NCBI RefSeq assembly: GCF_000181795.1
Contig: NW_003526944.1
Location: forward strand, 739,383 to 803,382
Source: Trichinella spiralis
Lineage: Eukaryota
Length of the DNA: 64,000 nt
Direction: 5' to 3'
Below the pieces are notes generated by a model. The model was not told the DNA's origin and made no database searches. It worked only from the letters and a program-made list of their open reading frames with translations. This document shows positions 25,501 through 38,053 of this stretch, piece by piece; position 1 is the stretch's first letter; every line of letters starts with the position of its first letter. The translations under genes were made by a program, and so were the position numbers.

Positions 25501-28402
25501 AAGTTTATCTTGTAATATTTTGAAGACTTAGTCTCGACCATTAGTGGAAGATCACTGACTTTGGCTAAATCAGCTTCCTGAAACTTGGATTTTTCAGTTT
25601 CGTTGAAAATTTGGATTGGAATGAAAAACTAAACAAGAATAATAACAAGAATAAACTAAACAAGGTCTTAGTGTAGTCTTACTTATAGAACTGAAATGAA
25701 AGTAATTGAAACTTTCTGAAGAAAATTTTCATAATGCAAAAACAAAGAATGTTGGTCATGCAATTTATTTTTTGCATTTTTATGGTTTTCTAATAAATTG
25801 ACTGATTTTTAATAGATTCATTTATGAAAAAAATTTGAACCTGCTTTGCAAATGTTTTCAAGTAATATTGAACCAGCAGTTTATAAGAAGACCAAACTTT
25901 CTGCTCTGAGCATAACTGAATGCAGTGTTTTTAATTCAATAAACATCTTTCTATGTGTACATTAAAAAGAACCTAAAATTTATTTCTATTTTCAGTGTTG
26001 AAATCATTATAATAGTAGTAAAAAAATAATATAGACTGAAATTTGAACAATATTTGAAAGTAAATAATAATGTTGTTGAATAAATGAATTTTGAATTGCA
26101 GCTGCTCAAATGTCTAATCGATCGATGTCTATCGAAAACAATTATTATAATAAATAACATAATAATTTGATTATTAGCACAATATTCTACGACTTCCAAG
26201 GCATGTTGCCGTAGAGACAAATTTCTAGAGATTCTTTTACGGCGTTGAATGTCGTACTTTTGCGGTCGTAATTAGTTTAACACTGCTGTTACTTTATATA
26301 GCAAATCTCGTTACTTTGGTCAAGTAAACGGCTACTGATAGAGCAAGAGTTTTACAAAAGACTGATTTGCACATTTGAAACCCTCACGCAGTGCTATTCG
26401 ACATAAATCAGCTGCATTAAAACTTAACGTTTAATCACGTTTATTCATGAAAAAAATTTTAAATCTCATCTTAATCAACAATGTAACTAATTAAATGCTA
26501 ACTATTTAAAATGGACACTAATCTGATATATTAAATTATCATAAATGTATGAATTCTTTTTTATAAGAAAAGCTAATTATTGTATATTTGGAAAAATTGC
26601 ATGCAACAAACTGTTCGTTAATTGAAAAGCAAATTTTCAAAAAAAAAACTACGACATTGTGTGTATCCGCAGTTGTATATTATTTAGTAATTGCACTAAA
26701 TTACAAATTCAGTATCACTTTAAACTATGTTTCATTTGACGATCAAAATAAAAAGAATACAACTTACCAAAAAAATCTTCTTCTCTTCGTTGATGCCAAT
26801 TTATGGTTTTTTGGAATTTTTCTTGAATCAAGATGAATGAATCATTTTCAGGAAATGAATGTAATACAAACAAAAGAGAATAATTTATCTTTCACAAATG
26901 CTCGTCCATCTTTCCATTGAAAGCAAAGTATTGCATCAAATAAAAGTTCACTGAGGGAACATTATCGGACGATACTGCAAGTCACGTCAGTTATTGATAA
27001 CACAAACATTTCAGAGGAAATTTATTTGCATAATTGAAAAGCAACCGTTACGCAGTGCAGCGTTATTTGATCTAGCCTAACTCCACTGAACCATAACGGT
27101 GAATTATTCACTTCTTTGTTCTGAAAATAATTTTAAATTTCATCTCGACAATGCGACTGAAGAACTAATTAATTAATTAATTACAATGAACAGATAAAAC
27201 ATTTTACAAATATCTCATTTGTAATAAATTATTATAATTATAAAACATGTCAAAGTAATAATTTATAAACCGTTCGTTAACTGAGGCATGACATTGTGCA
27301 AAATTATAAAAATTGCATTATTTACTCATGCTAGTAAATTACAGACACAATATTTATTTTCAGATCTGTTTTTAATCAATTAAAAAGTAATTCGGCAAAA
27401 TCACAACTTACTAAAATATACGTATTCTAATCGTTTGAATGCACCTTCTTTTATTGCTACTTTATTGAATTACCACCATGATGTGGAAATGAATAGAAGA
27501 AATCAAATCTGTCATTATAAACGTATCCGGCTTTCCATTGAAACGTCATTATTGAGTTGCCACCAAACGGTTAGTCAACAATTGGTTGAAATGAAGCACA
27601 AAAGCTAAGAAATATAATTCGCGTATAAATTTGCATTAGGCTTCTTTATATTGATTATTAAAACCGAATAGTCCAATGTGACTGAGGAAGTAAGTATTCG
27701 GAAAAGAGAAAATATGAAAGTGAACAATTTATGACAATTTACAGAAAAAAGCAACAACTAAGATAATAATATATCCAAAGTTATTTCGCTGTCAATTATT
27801 TCTTAGGATTTATCTCAATTTGCATAATAAATCGCCAGTAAAGAAAGATCACTTACGACGAGCACAAGTTTTGCTTTCTGTTCATTTCACTGACCCAAAA
27901 GAGAATATTTTTTAATTGGGTAACTTGTACATACCGTGTTGTGTTGCGTTGTGTTGTTGGATGGAGCATCGGAGTTGTTCAAATCATGGACGTGGAATGT
28001 AGTACGTACATTGCGTATCTATTTATTCAATGTCACATTAAAATGCAACTACAGCTTCAACTAAAAGAAATGCTTTACCAGAAAAAATATAAATGTAAAT
28101 ATAAATGTTGTATTTATTAAAATTAAAATTAAAAATAAATAAGAACTTATCATCAATAGCAAATAGATTCAGATGCTGTGAGATGAACAACAGTTTGTTA
28201 AAAAGTTACAACAATCCTTACTATACATATATATTGTCCATGTTGAATTGAACTGAAGGCACATTGAAACGAATACTCGCCAAAAGCGGATACTGTGTGT
28301 GTGTGTGTGTGTGACAAGGGAAGAAATATATATATACATATATATATGTATATAAAGGAAAAAAATCGCAATAAAATCCATCCCATCCCAGGATGAAAAT
28401 AA

Positions 28403-29340
28403 TCATCGGTAATCTTTGTTGTCTTTCACATTGCGCCGGCATATGCGCTTGCGCTTTGTTGACGTGTAGCCGAGCTGCATGTGACTGATCACAAAATAGA
28501 CAAACCTGAACCATATGCTTTTTGCCCGGTAACGTTTGAAAGCTTTCAACGGCAAATCGTCAACAAGATGAAGCATGGCGTCGCCGAAAACGTTCCAATA
28601 TTTCGGATCAAAATTACGACGAGTGTAAAAGCTGTGCTGACATCCGAAAGCGATCATCAACTGTGCCAGTTGTTCATTGTCATAACTGAGGGAGTTAATA
28701 ATCATGTCAATTGTATCCTATAAAAAATAAAAGACACAAAATAATAAAAAATAAAAAATCTCAAAATTCAACTTTTTACGCATATGTTTTATATGTATAT
28801 AGAATAAAAAAAAAGAGGAATAAATAAAAGTTTCCATTAATTTGATATTCATTTTTGAAATTTCCAATGACAAAGTGGTCGAGAATTTGGAAGAGAACAA
28901 GTTAATTGAAGAATTTAAAAAATTGATAAATTTACACAAAAAAATCATGCTGAAGAAATTATTTGGAATAAAATTATTAATTTGCTTGCCTGTAAAATTA
29001 GCATGTGCTTGCGCATTCGTTCGTCGATTAGTGCTTTCTCGTCGGAAACTTTGGCCAAGCCGAAAAAGCGTTTGATTTCTGGACAAGTGGCGAAAATGAT
29101 TTGGAAAAGCTTCGCCGACGCCAGACCCTGATGCACTTGCTTCATCTGCTTCCAAAGCCAACGCAGAAGTTTCAACTCGCCGGCAGAAAGGCTGAATCGG
29201 AGATTTTCTTTGGGCGCGAAGCGGTTCTGCTTCAAAGTTTCCACTTTCATCTTGTTGAAATACTGTGGATGACTTTGTTCGATGGACAAATTTGGACTTC
29301 CACGACTTGGCTGGTTGCATGTAGTGAAACAGGAACCCAT
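28403..29340 (-). CDS. Globin with N-terminal extension and predicted myristoylation/palmitoylation
   Basis: Exons 29340-28990 and 28717-28403. The globin fold is recognisable: LSAGELKLLRWLWKQ (A helix), LFQIIFATCPEIKRFF (B/C, CD1 Phe), MRKHMLILQDTIDMII (E7 His), FGCQH (F8 His), FDPKYWNVFGDAM (G), W..FV.FVISHMQLGY (H). The first in-frame ATG gives MGSCFTTC. Confidence 0.9.
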
Positions 29341-30605
29341 GACGGTCGGGAACCCCAGGAAGCCTCGTTGTTGTCGTAAGTTGTCGTTGTCGTCGGCCTG
29401 GCAAGGCCACACAAGTCGAGGTACGAGCTTTTCACACAAGGCGGGGCAACGTCAGACTAGGAACAATGGGCCAGAAATGAACCGGCAGACCAAAGAAAAA
29501 TTGATCGACAAATTTTGGCCAATAGAAAAATCCCTCATCGAACCAGTGTAGCAATTGAACATCCAAATTCACAATTGAACTTATCCGATTTAATTATGCA
29601 ACTCAGAAGATGCACGCGAGCGGCATTATACATACATGTATATATATATTTGGTGAAAATTTTGTTTGCACCATCACGTTCAGCATCATCAACTTCAGCA
29701 TCACAGTTGAGCGTCAAATTTTCCACGCTGGTTGACAAAACGATTTGCAAAGAGACAATAATAAAAGTAGAATAAATAAAATAAAACAAAACACATAATC
29801 ATATTTTCTTATCATTTATCGTTTAAATATCCAGTCATTGCTAACTGAAAATGACTGACGATCGATGAAGCTGTGAAATTAGTTGAAAATCCATCAACAA
29901 CAACAACAACAACTAAATCCGTGCAAAACTGTCTTTCTGGATTTCACACTCCGACTGCCCCGCCCCCCTCTGAGAATAATAATACACGCTCCGCTGTTCA
30001 CCGAAAAGCCGACCAGTTGACGTTGACGCTGTCGCTGCTAACAAGAAAGCTGGTAGAAAAGATGGCTGTTTATTGGTTTGAAAATTTTGAAACTTTGAAA
30101 ATCACATTTTCCCATCAAAACAGCTTCTTCCTTGCTTGCCTTGTTATTTGATTTTCAGTTTTTCACTAAAATTTTGTTGTTCAAATTTTTACAATAAATA
30201 ATTTCATTTGTCATCTTTTGTTTTTTCCATATCAGAAGAATTACATCTGCTTTGATATTCAAATTTGCATTGAAAAAAAAAAGAAAATCCAACGAACACT
30301 ACAATAATTTGTTCTGATATTTGACAAAAAAAGTAAAAAGTAATCTGAAAATTAACGCTGTTTCCTGAATTTCATTATTATAATTTCATATTCAACAGAA
30401 TAAATTAAAAATAGTAAACTTTTCATTTGCAACAATGATAAATTGATAAAAATTATCCAACTTACATGATTTTCCCTTGATCAACTGCACACACACGGTC
30501 GGTCGGTCTTAATGGTTGCTTTCCATTCCAACCAACGTGCAACAATTAGCCAACATTTCACGCCGATAAACCAACAAACAAATAAATGACTTGAAAAGCA
30601 TTTTA

Positions 30606-30998
30606 TTATCCTCTTTGGATTATGCAAATTTTCTTCTCCTTTTCCAAAACAGCAATTTGCTCTTCTCCAGTGTTGATCAAGTGAAAATTACAACTTATCA
30701 ACATCATTGAAATAAAGTCTGATTCGACGACATTCTGTTTTCAATCAATCAATACTACTAAACGTATGTATGCCTGTTGCAAAGCAATTTTTTCTTCATA
30801 ATCAAATTCAACAATTTCAATATCACTTTCTTCTGTCAAACATTCATAACTGTAAACAAATAAATAAACAACTGAATTCTGTATCATGTGGAAATTTTTA
30901 AAAAAAGGCACATTTTCAATTTCAGCAAACAAAACTGCGCGACTATCGATCGCATTGGTTCGTTCGATGTCATCAATAAACGAATAAACAAGTAACAA
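30606..30998 (-). CDS. Possible small hypothetical multi-exon gene
   Basis: Exon-like open pieces after tttacag/aaacag acceptors (YECLTEESDIEIVEFDYEEKIALQQ; NVVESDFIS...KICIIQRG*). No homology was recognised and the splice model is weak. Confidence 0.2.
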
Positions 30999-31395
30999 TA
31001 TTAAAAAAGTTGAGAAAAAAAAGCGAAAATTAAAAATTATAATAAAATATTCAACTAATTCTCCGTACAGATGTGAGAGGAGGATAATTTAACGGCCAAA
31101 TAAAAAACAAACAAGCAAACAGTAAACGTTAATAATTATCACAATCATCATCAATCGATCGATCAAAATGACGTCGAAAAAAAATTGATCAGATCAATCC
31201 GAGAGACGAAACAAGCTCAGACCCTTCCATCATCGATCGAATGAAAAGGCAAGGCAATGAAGAAGAGCAATATAAATGTGGAGAAAAAATTTTTTTCTGG
31301 AAAAACAGACAATAGAGGCCAGAAGGGATAGGAAACCAAAAAAAAAGAAAAAAAGAATGGATAATGACCAGCCAGTAATTTTTTTTCAACCCTAT

Positions 31396-34300
31396 TCAGA
31401 TGTCGTTGAAAAGATGAACCAAAAATTTGATCACAACACATACAGTGGACGACGAGGGATTGTTGTCGGTGACAAAATCGCTGACCAACGGCAAAGCTTT
31501 GACCGCAGGAGTTCGACTGGGTCCGGCCAGCTTCAGCATGTCGGCAATGCTAATTTCGGTGCGGCCGACGCAAATATTCGGCGCCAGCTGCAACTCGACC
31601 ACGAACCGCACCCTCAACACGCTGTCCAACGATTCGAACCCAAACTGACCAGAGCAGAGAACATCTTTGCGGTTCATGTCCACAATGAACAGCTGTTTGG
31701 AATCGGCAACGCTCAGTTCGACCGTCACCGGACAATTGCGGGTATCGATTGGAATTGGCAAATTCCTTACCGACTGAATGTCCACATTCAGACGTCCAAT
31801 TGGATGTTTCAATGACAACGTCCGACTATTCTGCTGCTGCTGCTGCTGCAACATCGGTTCATTCGATTCTTTGGCCTGAAATCAAAGGAAGTGTACAGAC
31901 ACAATCGAGAACAAACAAACAAACAAACAAACAAAAACTCCCTGAGAGAAGTATATACAAATAGGTAGAGTTGAAATGCTGAATTTAGTACCTTGGCAAT
32001 TGCGGCATCGAGCTGCTTTTTCCACAACAACCTCGAATTGCTCGACAACGCTTTCAGTTGGATAGACCGCTGGTCAGAATTGAATAGAATACTGAAAGCG
32101 CATCCGTCGGCCGAACCAAAGTTCGAATTCGAATTACAATGGTCGTGTTGACCACAATCTTGGGACATTTGCAACGAAATGTCGGCCAACAGGATCGGCT
32201 GTTTGTACAAAGTGAAAGTCAATTCGCTGTTTTGGGACAATTTGAAAGCCATCGGATCAATTATCGGCTCGTCCGGAGTGCTGAGCAAAAGCATATCGTT
32301 GAACAAAAAGGCGACCAACAGGCGACCGGATTTCGCTTTCTGAAGCGGACCGGCGTGCAAAAATTGCCTCGGACCAAGTCGATTGGTCAGACCGTTGAAT
32401 ACCAGCTTCGGAACGGTGTTGTCGCAACGAACGTGATTCTGACACCAGTGGAGCATGTGGACATTTTCGGCTTCGCTGGCCAAACGGTTCACTTTGACGC
32501 ACAGCTGTTTCAACGCCGACACGGCCTGTTCCAAATGGTCGTGGTCGGCCTGAGCCGGCGAAGTCTGCTTGAGCAGTTGTTGCAACATGAGCGGATATTT
32601 GGTGAATCTGGTCATCGGCAGCAGTAGATAATAATTCAACGGCAATCCACGGGCTCGACTGTCGTTGCAGCAACGGATGTGAACCGCTTCGAACAGTTTG
32701 TTCGTTTTCAGCTTGTAGTCGAGAAAATCCAACGCGGCCCGCAACTGCCGACCATAACAGACGAACACTTCGAAAAATGGCAACAGTTCGAGCAACACTT
32801 TGCCAACTTCGACGTCACCGTCCGCCGCTTGCAATTTGGCCAACATTCTGGTGCTCACTTTCACCAGACGACTCCAGCTGACAAAAATACGGTCCACTTC
32901 CTGAGCGCTGAGCAAACCTTGACGTGAAAGTGGCTTTTGGAAAACATCCCGAACCATCAGCAAATCGTCGACATAATTTCGTTCGCTTTGGATCAGCTCC
33001 TGCAACTGGCACCGCCTGCGTCGGTCGGTTTCGGTCCAACTGGACGAATTGGTGATCGTCTGACTGACATCCGCCGTTCTTTTTGTCCACGACAATCGGC
33101 CATCCGCATCGGATACCGATCGCTTCAGTGCACCACCACCACCACCACCATCGTCGTCGTCATTACCGTTGTGCACCCGGACGCTAAATGCAAAAAAAAT
33201 CCAAATCAAACTTTTGGCTTTTTCTCTCATATTTTACTTTTCACACTGTGAACATGACGAAAATAATGAATGAATGAAACATTTGGAATTAATTCTATTT
33301 TTCCATTAGATCTACAAAATAAAAGAAAAACGACGCAACGATAATCAGAACAAAATCAAAGCAACGTTTTTAAGACAAAGATCAAATCGATAATGACACA
33401 CACGTCAAAAAACAAACAACTCGACTACTGGTTGTTGTCGTTGTTGACGTTGCTTACAATATAGCACCAGCAAATTTGAAAGACAACAGAAAAATCAGCA
33501 TGACAATAATGAATATACAGTGGCACACTGATGATATATATATATATATATATATATATCTTTGTTCATCAATAATTGGTAGCTAAGATGGAATGCAAAG
33601 TTGAATAATAATAATAAATTTCATTATTATTTTTAAAGAAGAATATTCTTTTTCAAATAATAAATAAAAGAAAAAGAAAACAAAGCAAAAGCGCAAGCAA
33701 AGATAGATAGCATCATCATCATCATCAAACCAATCCATCAGTTTGGATTGCATATTGTCAGCTGCAAATTTGATTGATAAAAGAAAATAATGAACGAGAG
33801 AGAGAGAATGAACGTGCGTGCTCGATTTTGGTTTGTTTGTTATGAGGATATTATTTACCGGATGTCTTCGGCATTCGCTTCTTCACTTGGAACTACATAA
33901 GTGGCAGGAAAAAGCCCCAACTGTCCGCTCGACATGCACTGACCAAGCCACCAGTCACCGTCGGGCTTTTCCAACACTTTGATCATGTCGCCTTGTTTGA
34001 ATGTCAATTCGACATCCTGCTGCTTGGTGTAGTCGTACTGGGCACGGACCAGCTGAGTGGATTCAATTTTCCCCACCTGAGAGTCGTTGTTGGCGGGTTG
34101 TTGCAAGTCGACAATTTTCACGTAAACCCCCGGGAACCATCCGATTCGTTTCTCGCCGCCGGCTTGCAACTCGCCTTCCCACCAGCCGGTCGGTGATTTG
34201 GTACGAATTTTCACCAAATCGCCCAGATTCAACGTCAACTGATTGACGTCGGTCGCTTGAAATGGTGCAATCGCTTGGCCAAGTTCGCAGTAGATTGGTT

Positions 34301-37300
34301 CTTCGATCAGTACAACGCTCGGTAGTTTCTGTACAAAAAGAACGAGAATGAACGACAAATATGCCTGCCCTTTCATAAATATATTAAATTCGTCATTTAC
34401 CGTATCCTGCTGCTTGTCGGATGCTGCAGTTGTCGTTGCTGTTGCAGTACCATTGACTTCGAACGAAGAAGATGTATCGTCGAGCGGTTTGACATAATTG
34501 GCCGGAAATATACCTTCCATATTGCCGGCTATGCCGGTCCACCATTCGGAATCTTTCCTGGTTACCAGAATATGATCGCCAACGTTGAATGGCAAATCGC
34601 CCGCTTCAGAAGCGACGAACGAATAAGTCGCCACGTACCATTCGCCGCTGACGACCGTTTGCTTTTGGTCACTTTGTTGTTGTCCATTTCCAATATCGTC
34701 ATCATCATCATGTTTGTTCGACGTTTTCCACCAATCCGCAGCTTGTCCACCACCACCAATTCGATTGGACGAAGGCATCGTGACAACGTCGACACTGAGC
34801 GCTTTGTTTTTCACAAAATCGCTCCTTTTCTTCGATTCACGGGAACTGTCGTCGGTGGTGGTGAAATCGAACGTCAACGAACCACGCTTCAACGTGTGCT
34901 GCGACGACGACGACGGTTCCCTAATTTTAACGTACGACTTGGGAAACCAACCTTCCCGACCATCCTCCAATTCACCCTTCCACCACATCTCTTGCTGTTC
35001 GACGATACGTATGATGTCACCTTTGTTGAACGACAAATGATTTTCACTTTTTCCATGCAAATTGTACAACGCGGTTGCGTACAGTCCAGGCGAACTTGCA
35101 TCACCGCCGCCACCAGTAGTAGCAGTAGCAGTAGCAGTAGCAGTATTGGAATCGTCTTTGTCGAAAGATTCCTCATTTATACTTTCCAATTTTTGAATCG
35201 TCGTCGCCTGCTGCTGCTGGTGGGGTGGTGGTGCAATTTCTGGGTTCAGTGTAGCTTGTTCTTCTTCCACAACACCTTCTTTTCCGACAACATTTTCAGC
35301 ATTGGCATCCTGTTGATGACGATACCGTAAACGGTCTTCTTCAACAATTGGTTCCATGCATTCGGCAAATTCTTCGGGAAACCAACCGACTTTGTCTTTG
35401 ATTTGGCCAGCCAACCATCCCGGTTCGCAGGCGTGATTTTTGAATACAAAAATCACATCGCCCGGTTGAAAGGACAATTCGTCGTCCGTACGGGCAACAA
35501 ATTCGTACAACGCCCGATATTTGACGGTCACCGGGGCCGGTTCGTTTCCTTCGGCAACCAGCACCGGTTCGTCGTTGTACAGGGCGGTGGCGGTTGTCGG
35601 ATTTTCGTTCAGTTCGGCTTGACGACGAAGCGCGTCGAAACGGCGGATCAATTCCTCATTGGCCCGCCATTCGTGCTGGGCCAGTCGACCGAGCTCTTCG
35701 AGTTGCTTTTCCAATACAGAACAGCGGCTCTTTTTCGACCTCAACTCCAGAACGTTGTCGTCGACATTTTTTCTCAAACCTTCGATAATTTGCATCCGAT
35801 TCGCCAAACTCTGTTCGAGTTCGTTGGAAGTGGCGTCGTTCAAAGTCGTCGTCCGGTCGAGGTCGAACTGTTGCTTCTTGGCCAGCAGAGCTTGGCGTTT
35901 GGTGGCCAAGTGGTGCAGTTTCGCGTTCAGTTCGTCGTTCGATCGCCGCTGACAATCGATATCCCGCAATTTGTCGTCCCGAGCCTGCTTCATCCGGTCG
36001 AAAGTCGACGTCAAATCGTACACCTTCTGCCTCAGTTGACCAATTTTGCCGTTCAATTCGACCGCCTTTTCGCCCAACGCTTGGACTTGGAAGGCCAAAT
36101 TTTTCCTCTGCCGTTTACCGTGGCAGACGGCTTCCAATTCCCGTTGACGTTGGACGGTCAATTCTTCCAAACGCATCTTGTCCCATTCGAGCTGACGTTG
36201 ACGTTCCAACTCCCTTCGAGCCGCTTCCCGCTGTTCCACCAACTTCCGGTGCTCTTGGTCCAGGCGCAACTGTTCTTCGCGTTGCTTCTGTAACCGTTGC
36301 TCCATTTCGACCTGACGCCGACGTTCCGCCTCCTGACGTTCCCTCTCCTTGCGGGCTTGTTCGTCGCGTTCCTTGCGTTCTCGTTCTTCACGTTCTTGGC
36401 GTTCGACTTTCAGCAACTGCTGCCTGCGACGGTCCAATTCCACCTGGCCGCGTTCGAAATTTTCCCGCCGCTTATCCTCGAACGACTTGGCCGCCGACCG
36501 CAGTCGATTTTCATCGCCGGATTCTCCACTAGCACCAAATTCGATCGACTCCACACCTTCATCAATCAAGAAAAAAATAACATTTCGAACAACTTTTACC
36601 CCACGTTTTATAATTAATATACGATCGGAAAACAAAACAACATTGAATCAACCGAACAGAACGCACACTTGTACTTGTGCTTGTTGAAAAATCAATCTCT
36701 CAAGTGAACAACCAACGCCCGGGCGTGGCACACTACTTCCAAGTGAACACGACAGAACGATGATTAAAAAACAAAAGAACTACACTACTCACTTTCGGTT
36801 CCCATACTTTTGTTCCGCTTGCGCGGATCCCTGACCACGTCAGCAACTGCCGGAAGCGTGATACCGGCTTTGGCGGCGTCGATGTAACCCATGGCCAAAC
36901 AAAATTCGTCCAAATTCAAACGACCATCTTTGTCCAAATCGGACAAAAACCAAATTCTCGCCAGCACGTCGTTACTCAAACCCGAACGACTCAATATCAG
37001 CCGGGCATCTTTGCCGGTCAAATATCCAGATTTGGTCTGATCCATGCCGTGGAAAAGATGCCCATATTTGGACCGATCCGGCGTCGACAAATTGATCCCG
37101 GTCGGCGGTCGAACGGTTCCAATCAACGCGCCCAGACCGGCTTGGGCGGCCGACGCCCGACGCTGGGGCACGCCGCACAGACGACTCGCCTGGTTGATCA
37201 TCGACGAGGGCAAAAATTTCGGCATGTTCGCCCCGTGCATGCGCTTCTCGACCAAAAACATCGCCAACGCGAATTCCACCTGATCCAACATCCCATCTTG

Positions 37301-37477
37301 ACTTATGTCGGATAAATTCCAAATTTCCGCCAACATTGACGAAGGCAAACGGAACTGGGTGAAAAATGTTTTCGCCTGGTCGCCGGTCAACATGCCGTTG
37401 ATTGGTCTCAAAGATAAAAACTGCTGACTGTATCTGAAGCATTGTTCAGGAGTCAATTCCCAATTATCCGCGACCAT
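31396..37477 (-). CDS. ITSN1: Intersectin (2 EH, coiled coil, 5 SH3, DH/RhoGEF, PH, C2), long form; a short form ends at 33855
   Basis: 37477-36793 has two EH domains (LAEIWNLSDISQDGMLDQVEF; LARIWFLSDLDKDGRLNLDEF). ~36565-33859 has FEDKRRENFERG, a KLERQ-type coiled coil and five SH3 domains. 33183-31992 has DH (ELIQSERNYVDDL; LLLPMTRFTKYPLML) and PH. 31875-31396 has C2. Junction phases were checked for the last three exons. Confidence 0.95.
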
Positions 37478-37508
37478 GTCGCTCAACAATTGTCACAGAA
37501 AAAATGCT

Positions 37509-38030
37509 TCAACTGAAATTGAATATTTTGTCCAACCAAGTGACAAAAATTTCCGGATCACCGGCTTTCCAACGTTTTCGATTAAGCGAAGGAAACAAGC
37601 GTACGGTATCTGCCAACGAACCCACCGTACAGTAATGCAATACGCCGTCTTTCGAGAGTCGATCGGCGAGCTCGATCTGGTGATTGTCCAACAAAGAATC
37701 GTTGACAACTACCAAAAGCGGCTTTTCAAGTTCCAACGCTTCCAAACAGGAAGCGGCGCCGGCGTGACTGATCACCAAATCCGCCCACTTCAAATCTTCT
37801 GCCAGAGAATTTTTGTATCGATAAAATACAATCGACGGTTCAGTGATTTGCAAATTAGACACTGACTCATGCCGTCCGCGACCAATTTGCAAACGAATTT
37901 CCCCAACACCGATACTTTTCAACGCAGACAGAACAGAATCCGACGTTACAGCTGATATCAAATTGTCAAACTCCGTGCTACCAACAGTGACGAACAAGCG
38001 AAAATATTTTCTCGAACAAGCCGTGATCAA
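37509..38030 (-). CDS. ALG13: ALG13 UDP-GlcNAc transferase catalytic subunit (Glyco_tran_28_C), intronless, no in-frame ATG
   Basis: LFVTVGSTEFDNLI...LQIGRG...YRYKNSLAEDLKWADLVISHAGAASCLEALELEKPLLVVVNDSLLDNHQIELADRL is the canonical ALG13 motif set. The track's start codon is TTG. Confidence 0.92.
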   Translation of the reverse strand: MITACSRKYFRLFVTVGSTEFDNLISAVTSDSVLSALKSIGVGEIRLQIGRGRHESVSNLQITEPSIVFYRYKNSLAEDLKWADLVISHAGAASCLEALELEKPLLVVVNDSLLDNHQIELADRLSKDGVLHYCTVGSLADTVRLFPSLNRKRWKAGDPEIFVTWLDKIFNFS

Positions 38031-38053
38031 ATTATTAAAATTAACAACGACGA

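Noticed and set aside
28718..29410. 230-aa alternative-frame ORF over the globin
   Set aside because: It overlaps globin exon 1 in another frame and runs through the AT-rich intron, giving a low-complexity F/I/L tail.
32139..37315. Many + strand ORFs (e.g. 34572-35330, 35403-36293) over intersectin
   Set aside because: Antisense shadows of long GC-rich coding exons with no recognisable domains.
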